A stretch of DNA of 63,053 bases, counting the filler, from Reticulomyxa filosa (Eukaryota > Protista > Foraminifera), in NCBI GenBank assembly GCA_000512085.1. It is 16 parts of 16 records of this genome, joined end to end, with 100 filler letters (N's around TTAATTAATTAA, not from the genome) between each part and the next. Parts side by side here need not be neighbours in the genome. Positions count along the whole stretch, not along the records: positions 1 to 6,924 come from ASPP01006578.1; positions 7,025 to 15,624 come from ASPP01013461.1; 14 more parts are not named here. One strand, 5' to 3'. Positions 1 to 12,013 of this stretch are shown here, in pieces. Made by a program: the position numbers and the translations under genes. The notes beneath the pieces are model-generated. The model ran no database searches. It saw only the letters and a list, made by a program, of their open reading frames with translations, and was not told the DNA's origin. Numbering within the stretch: position 1 is the first letter of the stretch; each line of letters opens with the position of its first letter.

Positions 1-387
1 TCCTCTTCCTCTTCCTCTTCCTCTTCCTCTTCTTCTTCTTCTTCCTCCTCCTCATCGTCATCCTCTTCAATCACCTCTTCTTCTAAATGCTGTTGTTGGT
101 GTTGGTGTTGATGTTGATGTTCTTCCGCTTCCACGTCCTCTTCATGGTCATCGTCATCATCATCATCGTCTTCATCGTCGTTGCCGACATTGGGATTGCT
201 CTCAGGACTGTCATCATCGTCATCATCATCATCATCATCATCATCTTCGATGATATTTTCAAGCACTTCGACTTCGTTCTCATCATTGGGGTTGTGATGA
301 TGATGGTGTGAGGAGAAGGAAGAAGAAGAAAAATGATGATGATAATAGTGATGATATTGTTGCTGTTGTTGCTGTTGCTGTTGTTGT

Positions 388-419
<32 letters not shown>

Positions 420-1106
420 ATCTTCTATCCCATGGTTATTCACCTCTGCCTTCGATGACAAGCATACCACATCATCTTCCAAATACCTGTTCGGTCGAAC
501 AGTTCCATTTTTGCGATGTGAAATCCTCCACAATTGGATGTTCTCTTTACTCACACCTTTTATAATGCATACATATACATATATATATACACATATACAT
601 ATGTATATACACATATACATATATATGTATATATATGTATATATGCATACCATATCACATTACAAATTGCAATGGAAAACAACAAATGAATCAAATACAA
701 ATTATTTTTTTAAAAAAAAAAATAAAAATAAAAAAATGCAAAAGACATGAAGAAAAAGCCAACCCAAATGTTGTGCGATGGCAGCTCTTGCATCGGCGAC
801 GGTGGAGTTGCATAGAATTCGCACGCGCAGAGACTGGTTTTTCAGGTTGTGATTGGCCAAGCCCAAGTCAGCGCCGTGATGATTGGTCAGCGCTTGGTCG
901 AGCACCACGTAGATGGTGATAGTCTTCGATTTCAAGTATGAGCAGCTCGTCGCGACCAACGGCTTGATCTGATAGTAGTCCGCGAGACGGATCAACGGCA
1001 GCAAGTACGTTATACTCAGCACTCGCAATTGGTCACTCACCATCCAATGCAACATTGTTCGAAACACGATCGGGTCCACGTCAGGCAACGGGATTTCACT
1101 GTCTGC

Positions 1107-1140
<34 letters not shown>

Positions 1141-1433
1141 GGGGTTAAGCAATGTGATGAACTTTTTCAACTTTTTTTAAAAAAAAAAAGATCAGAAAAA
1201 GTTCATTCAAAAAAAAAGGGGGCCGAGGAAGGAGAATGAGCCAAATTGGACAGTAGTGAAGATGTACCATTGGACTCCATCATTGATGAGTTGAACATGG
1301 CTTCAAACACCGGGCAATGAATTGCTAATAGTGCTTTGTTCGCTCCTATCACTTCCTGATCTTTTCCTTTTCCTACAATGAATGTCACGTCATGAAACTG
1401 GGGCTCTTTCACCAGCCGAAGCCAACTTCGCAA
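1..1433 (-). CDS. BTB/POZ protein with USP7-UBL1-like domain and Q/H/D/E low-complexity tail (3' partial, start uncertain)
   Basis: BTB motifs: FHDVTFIVG..IGANKALLAIHCPVFEAMF and IPLPDVDPIVFRTMLHW..LIRLADYYQIKPL. GT-AG introns at ~1103-1267 and 557-763 keep the frame into VSKENIQLWRISHRKNGTVRPNR, followed by poly-Q and acidic tracts. Confidence 0.85.
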
Positions 1434-1936
1434 AAAGAAATATTAAACGAACGTTGCTATTTTTTAAAATTATTTGTTGTCTTTTTTCTTCTTCCCCCTT
1501 TTTTCTCTGCGTTGTCTCCTGTCCCTTTTTTTTGGAGCCACAGCTTTCTCCTTTCTTGGAAGAGGAGAGATGGTACACAAAATAAAAACAGGAAAAAAAA
1601 ATCAACTTCCGTCATCGTTGTTAAATTTAAATTAATTATGTTATATATAAATGTATCAGTTCACGAAAAATTTCCTTGTGCACCCCTTTGTCAAAAACCA
1701 ATTTTTGACCACTGCATATTATCAAAGGCTAAAAACATTTAATTTTCTCTGTTAAATATCGCTACCACAAAAAAACAAGCATCAGTTCGTTGATATTTGG
1801 AGTACTTTATTCTTTCATTATTGTATACCGAATTTATTTTTACTTATTGCGTTGTCTTGATGTAGAAAAAAGCCAAGTATTTCTTCGGCACGAAATTAGT
1901 TTTCTACAACTAGTTTGTCGAAAGGGAAGTCAGAAA

Positions 1937-3079
1937 ATGGTGAATATATTATCAGCGGTGTTGTCGTTGGTGTTGGTGTGGTTTTGTTGGCGCATATTTC
2001 ACTGGTATTTGTCACGAAAAGCGCTAGAATGGGATGCAAGCGTAAATGGGATAGGATTGCGGTCAAAGCTGTGTTACCTGTTGGGGATCGGGATCCCCAA
2101 ACTTTATGAGGCGCAGTACCAATGGTATCCATACAAAAAAGAGAGCAAGAAAGAAGACCAAAGTTACACATTGAAAGAGGCATTGTCAGTCCTACAAGCA
2201 AAGACGATAACACCTCAAAAATGTCTCGTCATAAGTTTTTCCGGCGGGGCGATTAAAATTGGCGGTTATTCGCAAATCGAATTTCGTCGAGTGTTATCAG
2301 AATGTGTGACTGAAATACACAATGATGACACTAACTATGACGATAACGATGGCAATGATAATAAAGAAAAAGAAAGTAAACATGAATATGCGTTTGATCA
2401 GTTATATGTACTGGACCCAACGGGTATGTCATGGTATTCGTATGTGTACGACAAAACGTATACCTCGAACTGGTGGGACGGATGGAAAGTGTTGGGCAAG
2501 AATCTACGCGAAATACTAAAGCATTACAAGTATTGTCTTTACATTGGCAATTGCATGGGCGGCACCGGGGCGTTAATTGCAAGTAGCTATGTTCCCGAAA
2601 ACATTACGCGATGCCACGTGGTGACATTCAACCCTCATTTGTCGCCGTCAACTCATCCTGAATGGGCAGCTCGCCTTGGCAGCTGGCTCTTGCCTTCGCG
2701 TCTTCGAAACGGGCTTTTGCAGGCGTGCACGGCCAGCGTCGTCGAGGCAATTTGCAATGACAAATGTCCTACGAAAGTACTTGTCTCGATTCATGTGTCT
2801 GGTTTTATTGTATCCCAAGCTGAGGCCTTTGTGGCCTTTTGGAAACAGGCTTGCTTGGCTAGTATCAATCAGTCCATCTTTGAAAATCAGATATCTTCCG
2901 TGTCTCCTATTACGTCCCAGAATGCAATCGAGACCATTGCTGGTATTTATTGTCCCGTACATGTCGTTATCCACAATGACCACGCCATCAAAGGTGGACT
3001 CGTTCGCTTTTTACGAGACAATGGTGATTTGGCCATTTGGATTCGGGCCCACTTGCAACTCTTGCTTCATCAGGACTGA
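1937..3079 (+). CDS. Intronless membrane-anchored alpha/beta-hydrolase-fold protein (G-N-C-M-G-G elbow)
   Basis: 380-aa ORF from ATG 1937 with a hydrophobic N-terminus and motifs LVISFSGG, LYVLDPTGMSWY, LYIGNCMGGTGAL, VVTFNP. Confidence 0.7.
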   Translation: MVNILSAVLSLVLVWFCWRIFHWYLSRKALEWDASVNGIGLRSKLCYLLGIGIPKLYEAQYQWYPYKKESKKEDQSYTLKEALSVLQAKTITPQKCLVISFSGGAIKIGGYSQIEFRRVLSECVTEIHNDDTNYDDNDGNDNKEKESKHEYAFDQLYVLDPTGMSWYSYVYDKTYTSNWWDGWKVLGKNLREILKHYKYCLYIGNCMGGTGALIASSYVPENITRCHVVTFNPHLSPSTHPEWAARLGSWLLPSRLRNGLLQACTASVVEAICNDKCPTKVLVSIHVSGFIVSQAEAFVAFWKQACLASINQSIFENQISSVSPITSQNAIETIAGIYCPVHVVIHNDHAIKGGLVRFLRDNGDLAIWIRAHLQLLLHQD

Positions 3080-4054
3080 AATCCCAAGGCAAAAGAAAGA
3101 ATGAGTTTGTGTATGCGTATGTGTGTGTGAGAAGAAGTGTAAGAATAAGTAAATAATAGAAAAAATAAAAGGGAGAAATATTATTTGTGATTGCGCGTTG
3201 CAAGTGTTATACATATATATTGTTTGAGTATCTTAAACTTAGAGTGCAACAATTATTACTGCTTTTAAGGCACAAGAAATAAATAATGCCAATTTTTTGT
3301 TTTGTTTACTGTACGTCTTTTATGTTGATCATCATCATTAAATACGTTTCTTGCTCTTTTTAAAGAAGTGCTGGAAAAAGAGTGCTTCTTGTTTGAGTGT
3401 TGGCTTTGGTCAAAGTTACAACAAGGGCAGTACAATACACTGAGCTAAATAAATAAAACAATTGGATGATACAAATACATATTATGCAATAATCAATGCA
3501 CGACCTAACAACAATAAAGTCAGTTACAAAATGGAAAATAGAGATGGGTAAGTGCTTTTTCTTTTACTGAATTTACGATAGACTGTTATATTCTATTTTG
3601 TCTTTATTTCTCAAAAATGATTGATATTGGCATAAATATGTTTGCAAAAGGCCATTTCGTTTTGAAACTTTTGAAAGAAAGAACACCGAGTACTAAAAAA
3701 TGCAGAGAAAAAAAGAAAAGGACAATTAAAAAATTCTAACAACCACATCACACCATTTGGGGCTTGGATGTTTGCTTTTTCTTTTCTTAGTCCCCAGTAG
3801 AATAAAAAAAGTAAGATGCTGATACTATTGTCCAGCTTTTTGCAATTTCACCACGTGTTTTGTATTGGTGCCCTTTATTGATAAAGTCATCCCTTTACTT
3901 CTTGGACGGCAGTCAAAAGAATGAATTACGCTTTGTACTACCCAACTTAATTATTTCAACTTTTCAAGTCAGAACAGTTTTATTTGTATCCATTAAAATT
4001 CATATTATTAAATTTTGTAATATTGGAATTGGAGTGCAAGAAGTTCATAGGATC

Positions 4055-4471
4055 TTATTCTTTTCCGTATTCATTGACTTCAAATTTGTCTAATTGCAAA
4101 AATTTTTGGACATTTGGCAGCTGTGATATATGCCTTCCATTACACAATAATTTATGAAAATATTCTTCCAATGCCACTCTTCTTTTTTCCAAAAAACTTT
4201 GATCCAATTTTGGTCTCAAAGTTTTGCCAGGGAAGTTACAAATAGAGGCAATCAACCCTAAAGATGTGCTGCACAAATAATCATGAAGTTGAAGAATTTC
4301 ACTGTAGCGGTAATACATCACTCTTGTTTGCCGTCCTCTTTTCACTACAAATTTAAAAATGGCGTATGTCTTGTGTGACTCTTTGTCTTCTACCAGCTGA
4401 AATTCTGGGATTTCAACAGTAAAAAACTGCGCTCCAAAACGATGTGAGAATTGTGACGGTGGGAAATACAT
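4055..4471 (-). CDS. Small stand-alone PX (Phox homology) domain protein
   Basis: PX motifs: YRYSEILQLHDYL, FPGKTL, FLEKRRVALEEYFHKLL, VQKFL. Confidence 0.88.
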   Translation of the reverse strand: MYFPPSQFSHRFGAQFFTVEIPEFQLVEDKESHKTYAIFKFVVKRGRQTRVMYYRYSEILQLHDYLCSTSLGLIASICNFPGKTLRPKLDQSFLEKRRVALEEYFHKLLCNGRHISQLPNVQKFLQLDKFEVNEYGKE

Positions 4472-5395
4472 TTACAATTGATTTTCTTCAATATTTAGTC
4501 CTGATCCAAAAAGTTCAATTAACAAAGGAACTGAGTGGCTATTTTCACAACCAAAAAAGTGTTTCTTTTTCACGTACTCGATTTATTTCATTTGCAAGCT
4601 TCATCAATTACAACTGAGCAAAATTAAAAACTAAAATACACTTAAACGTCAAAATTATGCAAGCAAGCAGCAAACCAAATAAAAATGTTTGAAATTTATT
4701 AAGAAATTTTCATTAATGATTAAAAACTAAAAAAATTAATCCTTTATTTTATTCAATATTGTGTAGTTTATGACTTGTATTGATCTTATTTACTTGAAAA
4801 GACAATTCGCAATAAATTTCCTATTTTACAACTTCGTTTTGGAAGCTTACAAATTCCATCGAAAAACCGTTATCAATATAATTTTTTTAAATATGTCCTC
4901 TTTACTTTTTAGCGCTGCACTTATTTTGTCATTAGGATTCGATAGTGATTTAGCTTGCTTTATGATTTTCTTTTTTTGAGATCGTAGTAATTGCATTTTT
5001 GGGTCAACAGTTTAAATTCGATTTTGGTTCACATACCAAATTTTTATCATGTCGCATCCCAAAATAAAACAGATATTTTAGCTCAATGATAGATACAGTA
5101 ATATTTTTTCAATGAATGCAAGTGACTTTGAAATAGTGTGAAGTTTGCTCAAACAAATGATTTGTTTAAAATAAGCTATGCCGCATAGTGGCCATTTTTC
5201 TGTTTGTTGAATAATAGCAAACAACATTATAAATTGTTGTCATTTTATTTTATTTTATTTTATGTTGTGGAACGGAAACAAGAAAATTCCCCATTGACCA
5301 CCTCACTCTCACCTCTGGTTGCCCTTTTCCGCCTTTTGTTACATGGCAATTGTTGTTGGTTGATATTTCAAAAAACATCACACAAACACCACACA

Positions 5396-6698
5396 TCATT
5401 GCAATTTTGTCAAGGCGTCAACAAGGTCACCAATTTTCTTTTTGTCATTTGCATCTTTTCGGAACTTTTTGATTTCTTTTTTCAAGCGATTTGCCAACGG
5501 CGTATCTTTGGAAGCGTTTTGGGCTTCTCGCAATTTCTGGATGATAGATTCGACCGGATCGTTTCGAGAAATGCTTGCAAGGATCGCTTTAGCGTCTTTG
5601 GTGTCTTTGGTGTCTTTGGTGTCTTTAGCGTCTTTGGGCTGTTCAGTTGAAGGAACGGCAGAGTTACATTTACTTGTTCTTGCGACGTTGCCTTTCGTCT
5701 TAAAGCCTTTTCCTGTTCACTGCAATTACATTTGGTGAATTTTCAAACACAAAATCCCCCCCTCTTTTTTTTTTGGGTCCTCTTCCAGCCCCCCCCTTTT
5801 TTTTTAAAAAATTAAAAGAAGCATACAAATAACAACGACAACTAAAAAAAAACCTGTCTAATGACGGATTAATTCTCAAAATTACAATAATGAATAAAAA
5901 GAATAGAAAGAAGCCTCCGACGAGTAAGATCAATTTGTAATAAACACGGAGATGATCGTATTTATAACGAACCTTTTTTTTTTTTTTTTTTTAACAACGT
6001 TGTCACAAAGTTTTTTTTTTAAATTAAAAAAAAAAGAAAAAAAACCTGATAGTATTCATCATGCAAACTGATGACATTATGTTTGTGAAAAGTGATCAAC
6101 GGACGACCACCAAACAAGCCGGTGTCCAAATAAGTGTACCTTCGACTGATAGGCTCTTGGTCGATTTCAAAGGGGCAATCGATCTGAACGTCATAAGCCC
6201 CTTCCGGCAACGCGATTTTGGTGGTGAGTAAATCTGTCACAGGCTCACGGAAAGGGATACCGAAGGACAAGTTCAATGTGTGGACATAAGTGTCCGTGTC
6301 GAAAGTGATTAAATCCTTTGTGTATGTTATATGTATGTATTTATAGCACACACACACACACGTCACACAGCGTACAACAACAAGCCAGTCAGTTAGTCAT
6401 TTCATGTCAGTGATATCGTTATTGTTGTTGTTATTGTCGTAGGTAGAGAGAGAGAGAGAGAGACATGAGTCTGAGAGACACGAACTTGAGATGGGACACC
6501 ATAACCAATAGTGAAATCCGTTTTCCAACCACCATACAATGGATATCTCGGCTTAATTTCCAAATACGATTGTTTCGGTCCTTGGCGAAAATGCGAGGTG
6601 GAAATGTTGCCAATGCGGTCCACATAATACGTACCATAGGCATTGCGTGGTAATGTCGCCCGCAATTGGGTGACAACTGATGGGTCCTTATTCATCAC
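5396..6698 (-). CDS. RPN1: Ribophorin I / oligosaccharyltransferase subunit OST1, 3' part
   Basis: Motifs YYVDRIGNISTSHF, LEIKPRYPLYGGWKTDFTIGY, KIALPEGA, RYTYLDT..GRP, plus a TM segment LILLVGGFFLFFLFIIVILRI. Multiple GT-AG introns. The last exon probably needs a 35-nt intron (~5643-5677). Confidence 0.93.
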
Positions 6699-6924
6699 CT
6701 AATATATACATATATTTATGTGTATATGTGTATATTATATTAATTATACGAATAATATGTATGTAATATATACATATATGTATATATATATATATATTCA
6801 CATATGTATGTACGTAATCAACAACAACGTCAGTATGGTTACCCATCCTCCCTTCTCTATTGACTCCCTCAGCTCTAACAAGGAAGAGGGAGAGGAAGAG
6901 GAGGAGAAGGGGAAAAAAAAATAA

Positions 6925-7024
6925 NNNNNNNNNNNNNNNNNNNNNNNNNNNNNNNNNNNNNNNNNNNNTTAATTAATTAANNNNNNNNNNNNNNNNNNNN
7001 NNNNNNNNNNNNNNNNNNNNNNNN
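6925..7024. other. Artificial contig linker (N44-TTAATTAATTAA-N44), first of 15
   Basis: Identical 100-bp linkers with stops in all six frames also occur at 15625, 20392, 23077, 24201, 25555, 28100, 31019, 32662, 35810, 43309, 49001, 52091, 53242 and 61092. Confidence 0.98.
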
Positions 7025-7033
7025 TTTTGTGTT

Positions 7034-10000
7034 TTATGTTTTGTGTTTTTTCCAATTCGCAAAGTGATTCCAGCACACATAACATGACTTGAGGTAAAAA
7101 GTAACATTACCGTTCAAATCTTCTTTTGTTCGGGCATATCTGTCATATTGATCCATATTTGGAACTGACAGAGATTGGCTGGCATCACTGTCATTGCTGC
7201 TCTTGTTAATCAAAGGCAGATGCTTTCGTGCTTCTTCATACTCCTCGCGATTCTCTTCTTCACTTGAGACCTTTACTTCATCGTCGTCGTCATCTTTCAT
7301 CAATTTACCCTTCTGTGGCCACTGTTTCATTAACGCTTTTTCGTCTTGCTCGTCGGAGGAGTTTTCATTCCTAATGTTCGCTTGTTTTGCTTTTCGGTTC
7401 TTCTAACAACATTAAAACAATTTTTTTTTTTTTGGAAAACGATCCCCCTTTTTTTTTTTTTTTAAAAAAAAAATTTTCCTTCCCCCTTCCCTCCAACAAT
7501 GACATCCTTGTTTGATTATATGTTTATGTATTTTTGGCAATGTCATATGTCAAACCTGTGCTTTAGACGAATTTTTTGGGTCATGGTTTGGTTTCTTCTC
7601 CTTGTTATTGTTCCGCTGCAGCTTTTTTTTTTGACTGTTTGTTATTTTTCACTGCTTTCTTAGCACTGGGGTTTTCTCTCAAGTGTTTTGTACGGTCAAC
7701 AAGGCCATGGCCTATACGTGCCAAAGGGGAGACGAGAGCGGGAAACACAAAGAGTTTTTTTTTATTGATCGATTGATACATTTGTAAGGGGAGAGTGGGA
7801 AAAAAAAAAACAAACAACGTAACTGTCAGTGCCCACTTGAAGAGGACTCGAAAATGCGCTGCTTGTATTGGACTCATCACTTTCGAGTCGTCGCGACTCG
7901 TAAATGGCCTGACCATTGCTGTACGAGCGATAATGTTTGCCGTCGTCGTTACCGGCTGACTTGGGAATCGCACAGCTACTTTGTGCACGAATGTGTGACG
8001 ATGCATTTCGTTCACCGGACTCGTGCAAACGCTCGTGAACAGATTGGTTGCTTTCATGACGATAGCTCGCTGCCCAAGGGTTGATTTCGTTTAAGCAAAT
8101 TCGCAAATCCTTGGCATCAAAATCACTTGGCGTGACAGCATAGATAGGTTCTTCTGAGTTCATATCGCTCTCTACGACAGTTTCACTGTATCTGCGACCA
8201 AAACCAAAACCAAAACTTTGATCCTGACCCTGATCTTGGTTATCACCATCTTCATCTTCGTCACCATTATCACGGTCATGACCATCAGTTATTGCGTTCC
8301 TACCTTTGTTCCCGTCAGATTCCAACTGGCTCTTTTGCTCGTCATGTCCGAGTATCCTTCTTGCCTTGTTCTCGGAATGGCTTCTTACAAACCTTGCTAC
8401 GCGTTCCTCCTTCGTCCCATCTGCCGGGTTCGCTACGTTGCTTTCTCCACGGCTTTGCGACAGAAACAAGTTCGGCATATACACCGTGTTGTTTACTCCA
8501 ATGCTGTTTGGAGATATCAACAAAGCTGTGCTCACGTTTGGACTGCTAATCAAAGACCTTCCACTGTTTCCATTATATGCATATACATATATGTATATAT
8601 ATGTATATATATTTATATTTATTTAATTTTTATACATATATATACTTTTTTTTTTTTTTAACAGAAAAGATTGTAACAACAATACACAACTAAAAAAAAA
8701 AAAAAAAAATATAATAATAATAATAATTATTATTATTATTATTATTATTTGTAATCTAACGTAGTAGTCTGAGGCTGGACGAACTGATTATAGCCACGAC
8801 CGATACGTGTGATGGTCAGATTGCGTCGAAAGGGGTTTGTAGCGGTGGGAAAGAGCTCGCTTTTGGGCTGATTGACAAGCAGACTTGGCGGTGCTGAGTG
8901 AATGCGTTGCAAGGGCGTGGTGATGGAGGAGGAAGAGAAGGATGATGAAATGGAGGAGATTGAATTGGACGAGTTACGTACTCCCATTTGCATTGGCAAC
9001 ATGTGATAACTGGAATGTGTTTCCATAGGCGTCCCAAATGGCATTGTGTCGCTACGCAACAATCGATTGCTTGAAAGTGGATCATGCTCTGACGGCAAAG
9101 GAGTTTGTTTATTGTTGGTTACAAGGGCCGCTGTTATGCCGACATTGCCTCCACTGCTACTGCTGCGCACTCGATTATTCACAGTCCCAACGTTATGTCT
9201 CCTGGTGTCACTATTATTATTATTATTATTGTTGTTGTTATTATTATTGTAATTGTTGCTATTGCTGTTACTCATCATTATCATCGCTCTTGGAAAGGAA
9301 TTCATTGGACTTTGGTAGGCGGTTTGAATCACCTGACGACTGTTCAATGGAACAGAATCGCTTTCCATTGGAGTCCAATTGTTAATACTTCCAATCGATT
9401 GAACATATGTTGACTTTGTCGATGGTGTCATCTATAAGTTCAAAACAAAAAAAGGGGACAAATAAAAAAAAAAAAAAATAGAGAGAGAGAGAGATATTGG
9501 TCTTTCTTTTTTAAAAAAAAAAAATTAAAATAGAGTACGCAACTACAGTTTGAATATGACCAACAGCAGCGGATGGATGGACATGAAGTGAGGAAAGTTC
9601 GACGTTGGAAAGCTTGGTAGCAGTGGCAGTGGTAATGATATTGGTATTGGTATTGGTGTTGGTGATGATGCTATCTTTCAATTGCTTCTTCAGCTTGGAA
9701 ATTTCTTCATTTTTTTTCGGCATTCCTCTTGCAGAGAGGAATGCTGTCCCAACAACTTGTCATACGTATATTTCAACTCGTTCAAACTCTCTCGCAACTT
9801 GAACAATGCCCGGAATAATTCTTCCGAGTTGATTTTTCGAATCCTCGTTTTGTGAATCGAGTTGAAATACACATATTTGCCGTACTTGTCCCCGCATGTG
9901 AAGTACTGCATCTCCGTGCCCAACGTTGGGTATAATATGCGACCGTCGGTATCTCCAATCGGTTCGAGCAATTCCATTCCTAAGTACGTCACTTGCTTTA

Positions 10001-10777
10001 TCTCTTCGGTCACACCAATGTGTCGAACAATGCCTTTTCATTTGAACAAACAAACAAACAAACAAAAAGTCAATAAGATGAGCATATTGCCATATGCGTA
10101 CAATTCAAAATAAATACGGCTTTTAACAAACAAACAAACAAACAAACAAACATAATAACTTAACCTGTGTATTTGGCTGGTTTTTCATCGATTTTGTGAC
10201 CATTGCTGACATTGGCGATAATCACATCCCTCAAACTTATTTCGTCGTTACGCTCCAATTGCACGTACTTGTAACCACTTCGGCTGTCGCTCCAAGACAA
10301 TGACGACAAAGATGACGACAACGATGACAACGACTCCTCCAACTTGTTTTCCATTTTTTGTTCGTCCTTGAACGATGATAACGACAATGACGCCGGTTCA
10401 TTGCTCGTGTGTACCTTCATTTTTGCTTTTTTCAGTGACCCGTTGCTACTTCTAGAGTACTCATCGTCATCAAAAAGATCCTCTGTTTGTACACGCGGGT
10501 TTTTTGATAATCGTGAACTTACTTTTTCAATCGCTCCAGTACCTGTCACCACCTTTTTTACGTCGTACACGTTGTTACTGTTGCTGTTGATAATATTGAT
10601 TCTACCATTTGAAGGCCGCTTGCTCAAACGGTTATGAATGTTTATTTGCTGCGGGGTTTTTGGTGTAAGAGTCGCTCTTTGATCAATAGAAGAGTACATT
10701 TCGACCACACCTGATTCAAAACTTACCTTTTTTTCCTTTTTTTCCTTGTGTTTTTTTTTAACTGGAGCAGTTAACAA
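7034..10777 (-). CDS. Multi-exon CAP-Gly domain protein with coiled coil and long S/N-rich low-complexity region
   Basis: Spliced G-IVRHIG..YLGMELLEPIGDTDG..QYFTCGDKYGKYV (~9850-10035) matches the CAP-Gly pattern. There is a 1-nt frameshift at the A-run 9710-9717. Joining the downstream exons (7034-9431) into the same gene is inferred. Confidence 0.7.
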
Positions 10778-10938
10778 TTTATACTTTAATTGATATTTCT
10801 TTCTTGTCGCTACCAGAAATAGGTATTTGTTTGTTAAACAACTGCTGTGCTAACGTAATTCGACGAAAATTCAAACGTGTAAACGACAGACTTTTTTTTT
10901 GACTTGAACTTAAAGCGAATAAAAAAGAAAAATTAAAA

Positions 10939-11450
10939 ATGAGTAAAACTAAAGAGTCTGGGACCGAAGAAATAGAGAGTAGTCATAATTCAGATTTGAC
11001 AACTGACAATGACGACGTGGAAGATAGTAAACAAACCGAGTCGAACTGGCAGTCACAAAAAGAAGGAGTGAGACCAAAAAAGAAAGTAAATGTAAAGATA
11101 AGCCAAGAGGAAAAGCGCAACTTGCCAATACCCAAAGAAGGCAAGTGGAAGGCCAAGAGAAAGGAATACGAAAAGCAAGAGGAAATGGAGGCAAGCGAAA
11201 TAACAAGTACAAGTGCGGACGCAAGCATAGGACAAAGCATCGACGAGAGGACAACACAAGAGATACGTAGCGAGGAGGCAAGCGCAGAGGAACGAATAGA
11301 TGCGGAAAAGCATGCCCACCATCACGGTAACTTGATACGACTTAATACACAGATGCAATGGAGTGAAAATCAAATGGACGTACTCGAGCAGCAACTCTTG
11401 GACCAAATGACACATATTGTTGCAGAGGTATTTTATGGACCGTTTTGTTT

Positions 11451-11491
<41 letters not shown>

Positions 11492-11977
11492 CTTTCGTCC
11501 ACATACACAAAAAAAAGAATGGTGCCGAAGATGGCAAAATGATTGTAAAAGATGCCAAACCATTTTTCAAAAGTGTGAATACATTGAAAGACAATGTCGA
11601 ATCTGAGTCGTCCACTAATAAAGTTTAACGTTTTTTTTTTTTTTTTTTTTGCAAAAAAAAACTTAAGTATACGTAAGATCACCTTTGGTATATATGTATA
11701 TTGAATGTACAACACATACCTACAAAAAAAAAAAATTATAACCAAAGCTACGATCCACAATCACGCCAGTACATTTGATGTTGGAAAATGAAGAAAATGG
11801 ATGGACAACTCCACAAATGAAAAAAAGGGAACATGACATGCGTGCTCAATTAGAATATTTAATCGCTCAAACAAACCAACTAAAACAACCACAAAATTCC
11901 AAAGACGTTACTGTCTCAACCACTGTTCCTTCTGACTCTGCCCCTGTTCCTACCCCTATTCCCACTCCTTCTCCTGT

Positions 11978-12013
<36 letters not shown>

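Noticed and set aside
83-565. Poly-Met/Ile/Val ORFs, and similar shadow ORFs near 9050, 41900-43200 and 54400-55700
   Set aside because: Alternative frames or antisense reads of trinucleotide-repeat coding regions.
565-650. (TA)n/(TATG)n fold-back tracts in introns and at contig ends as ncRNAs
   Set aside because: Self-complementarity follows trivially from microsatellite composition.
6969-6980. Recurring TTAATTAATTAA palindrome
   Set aside because: Artificial linker between concatenated contigs.
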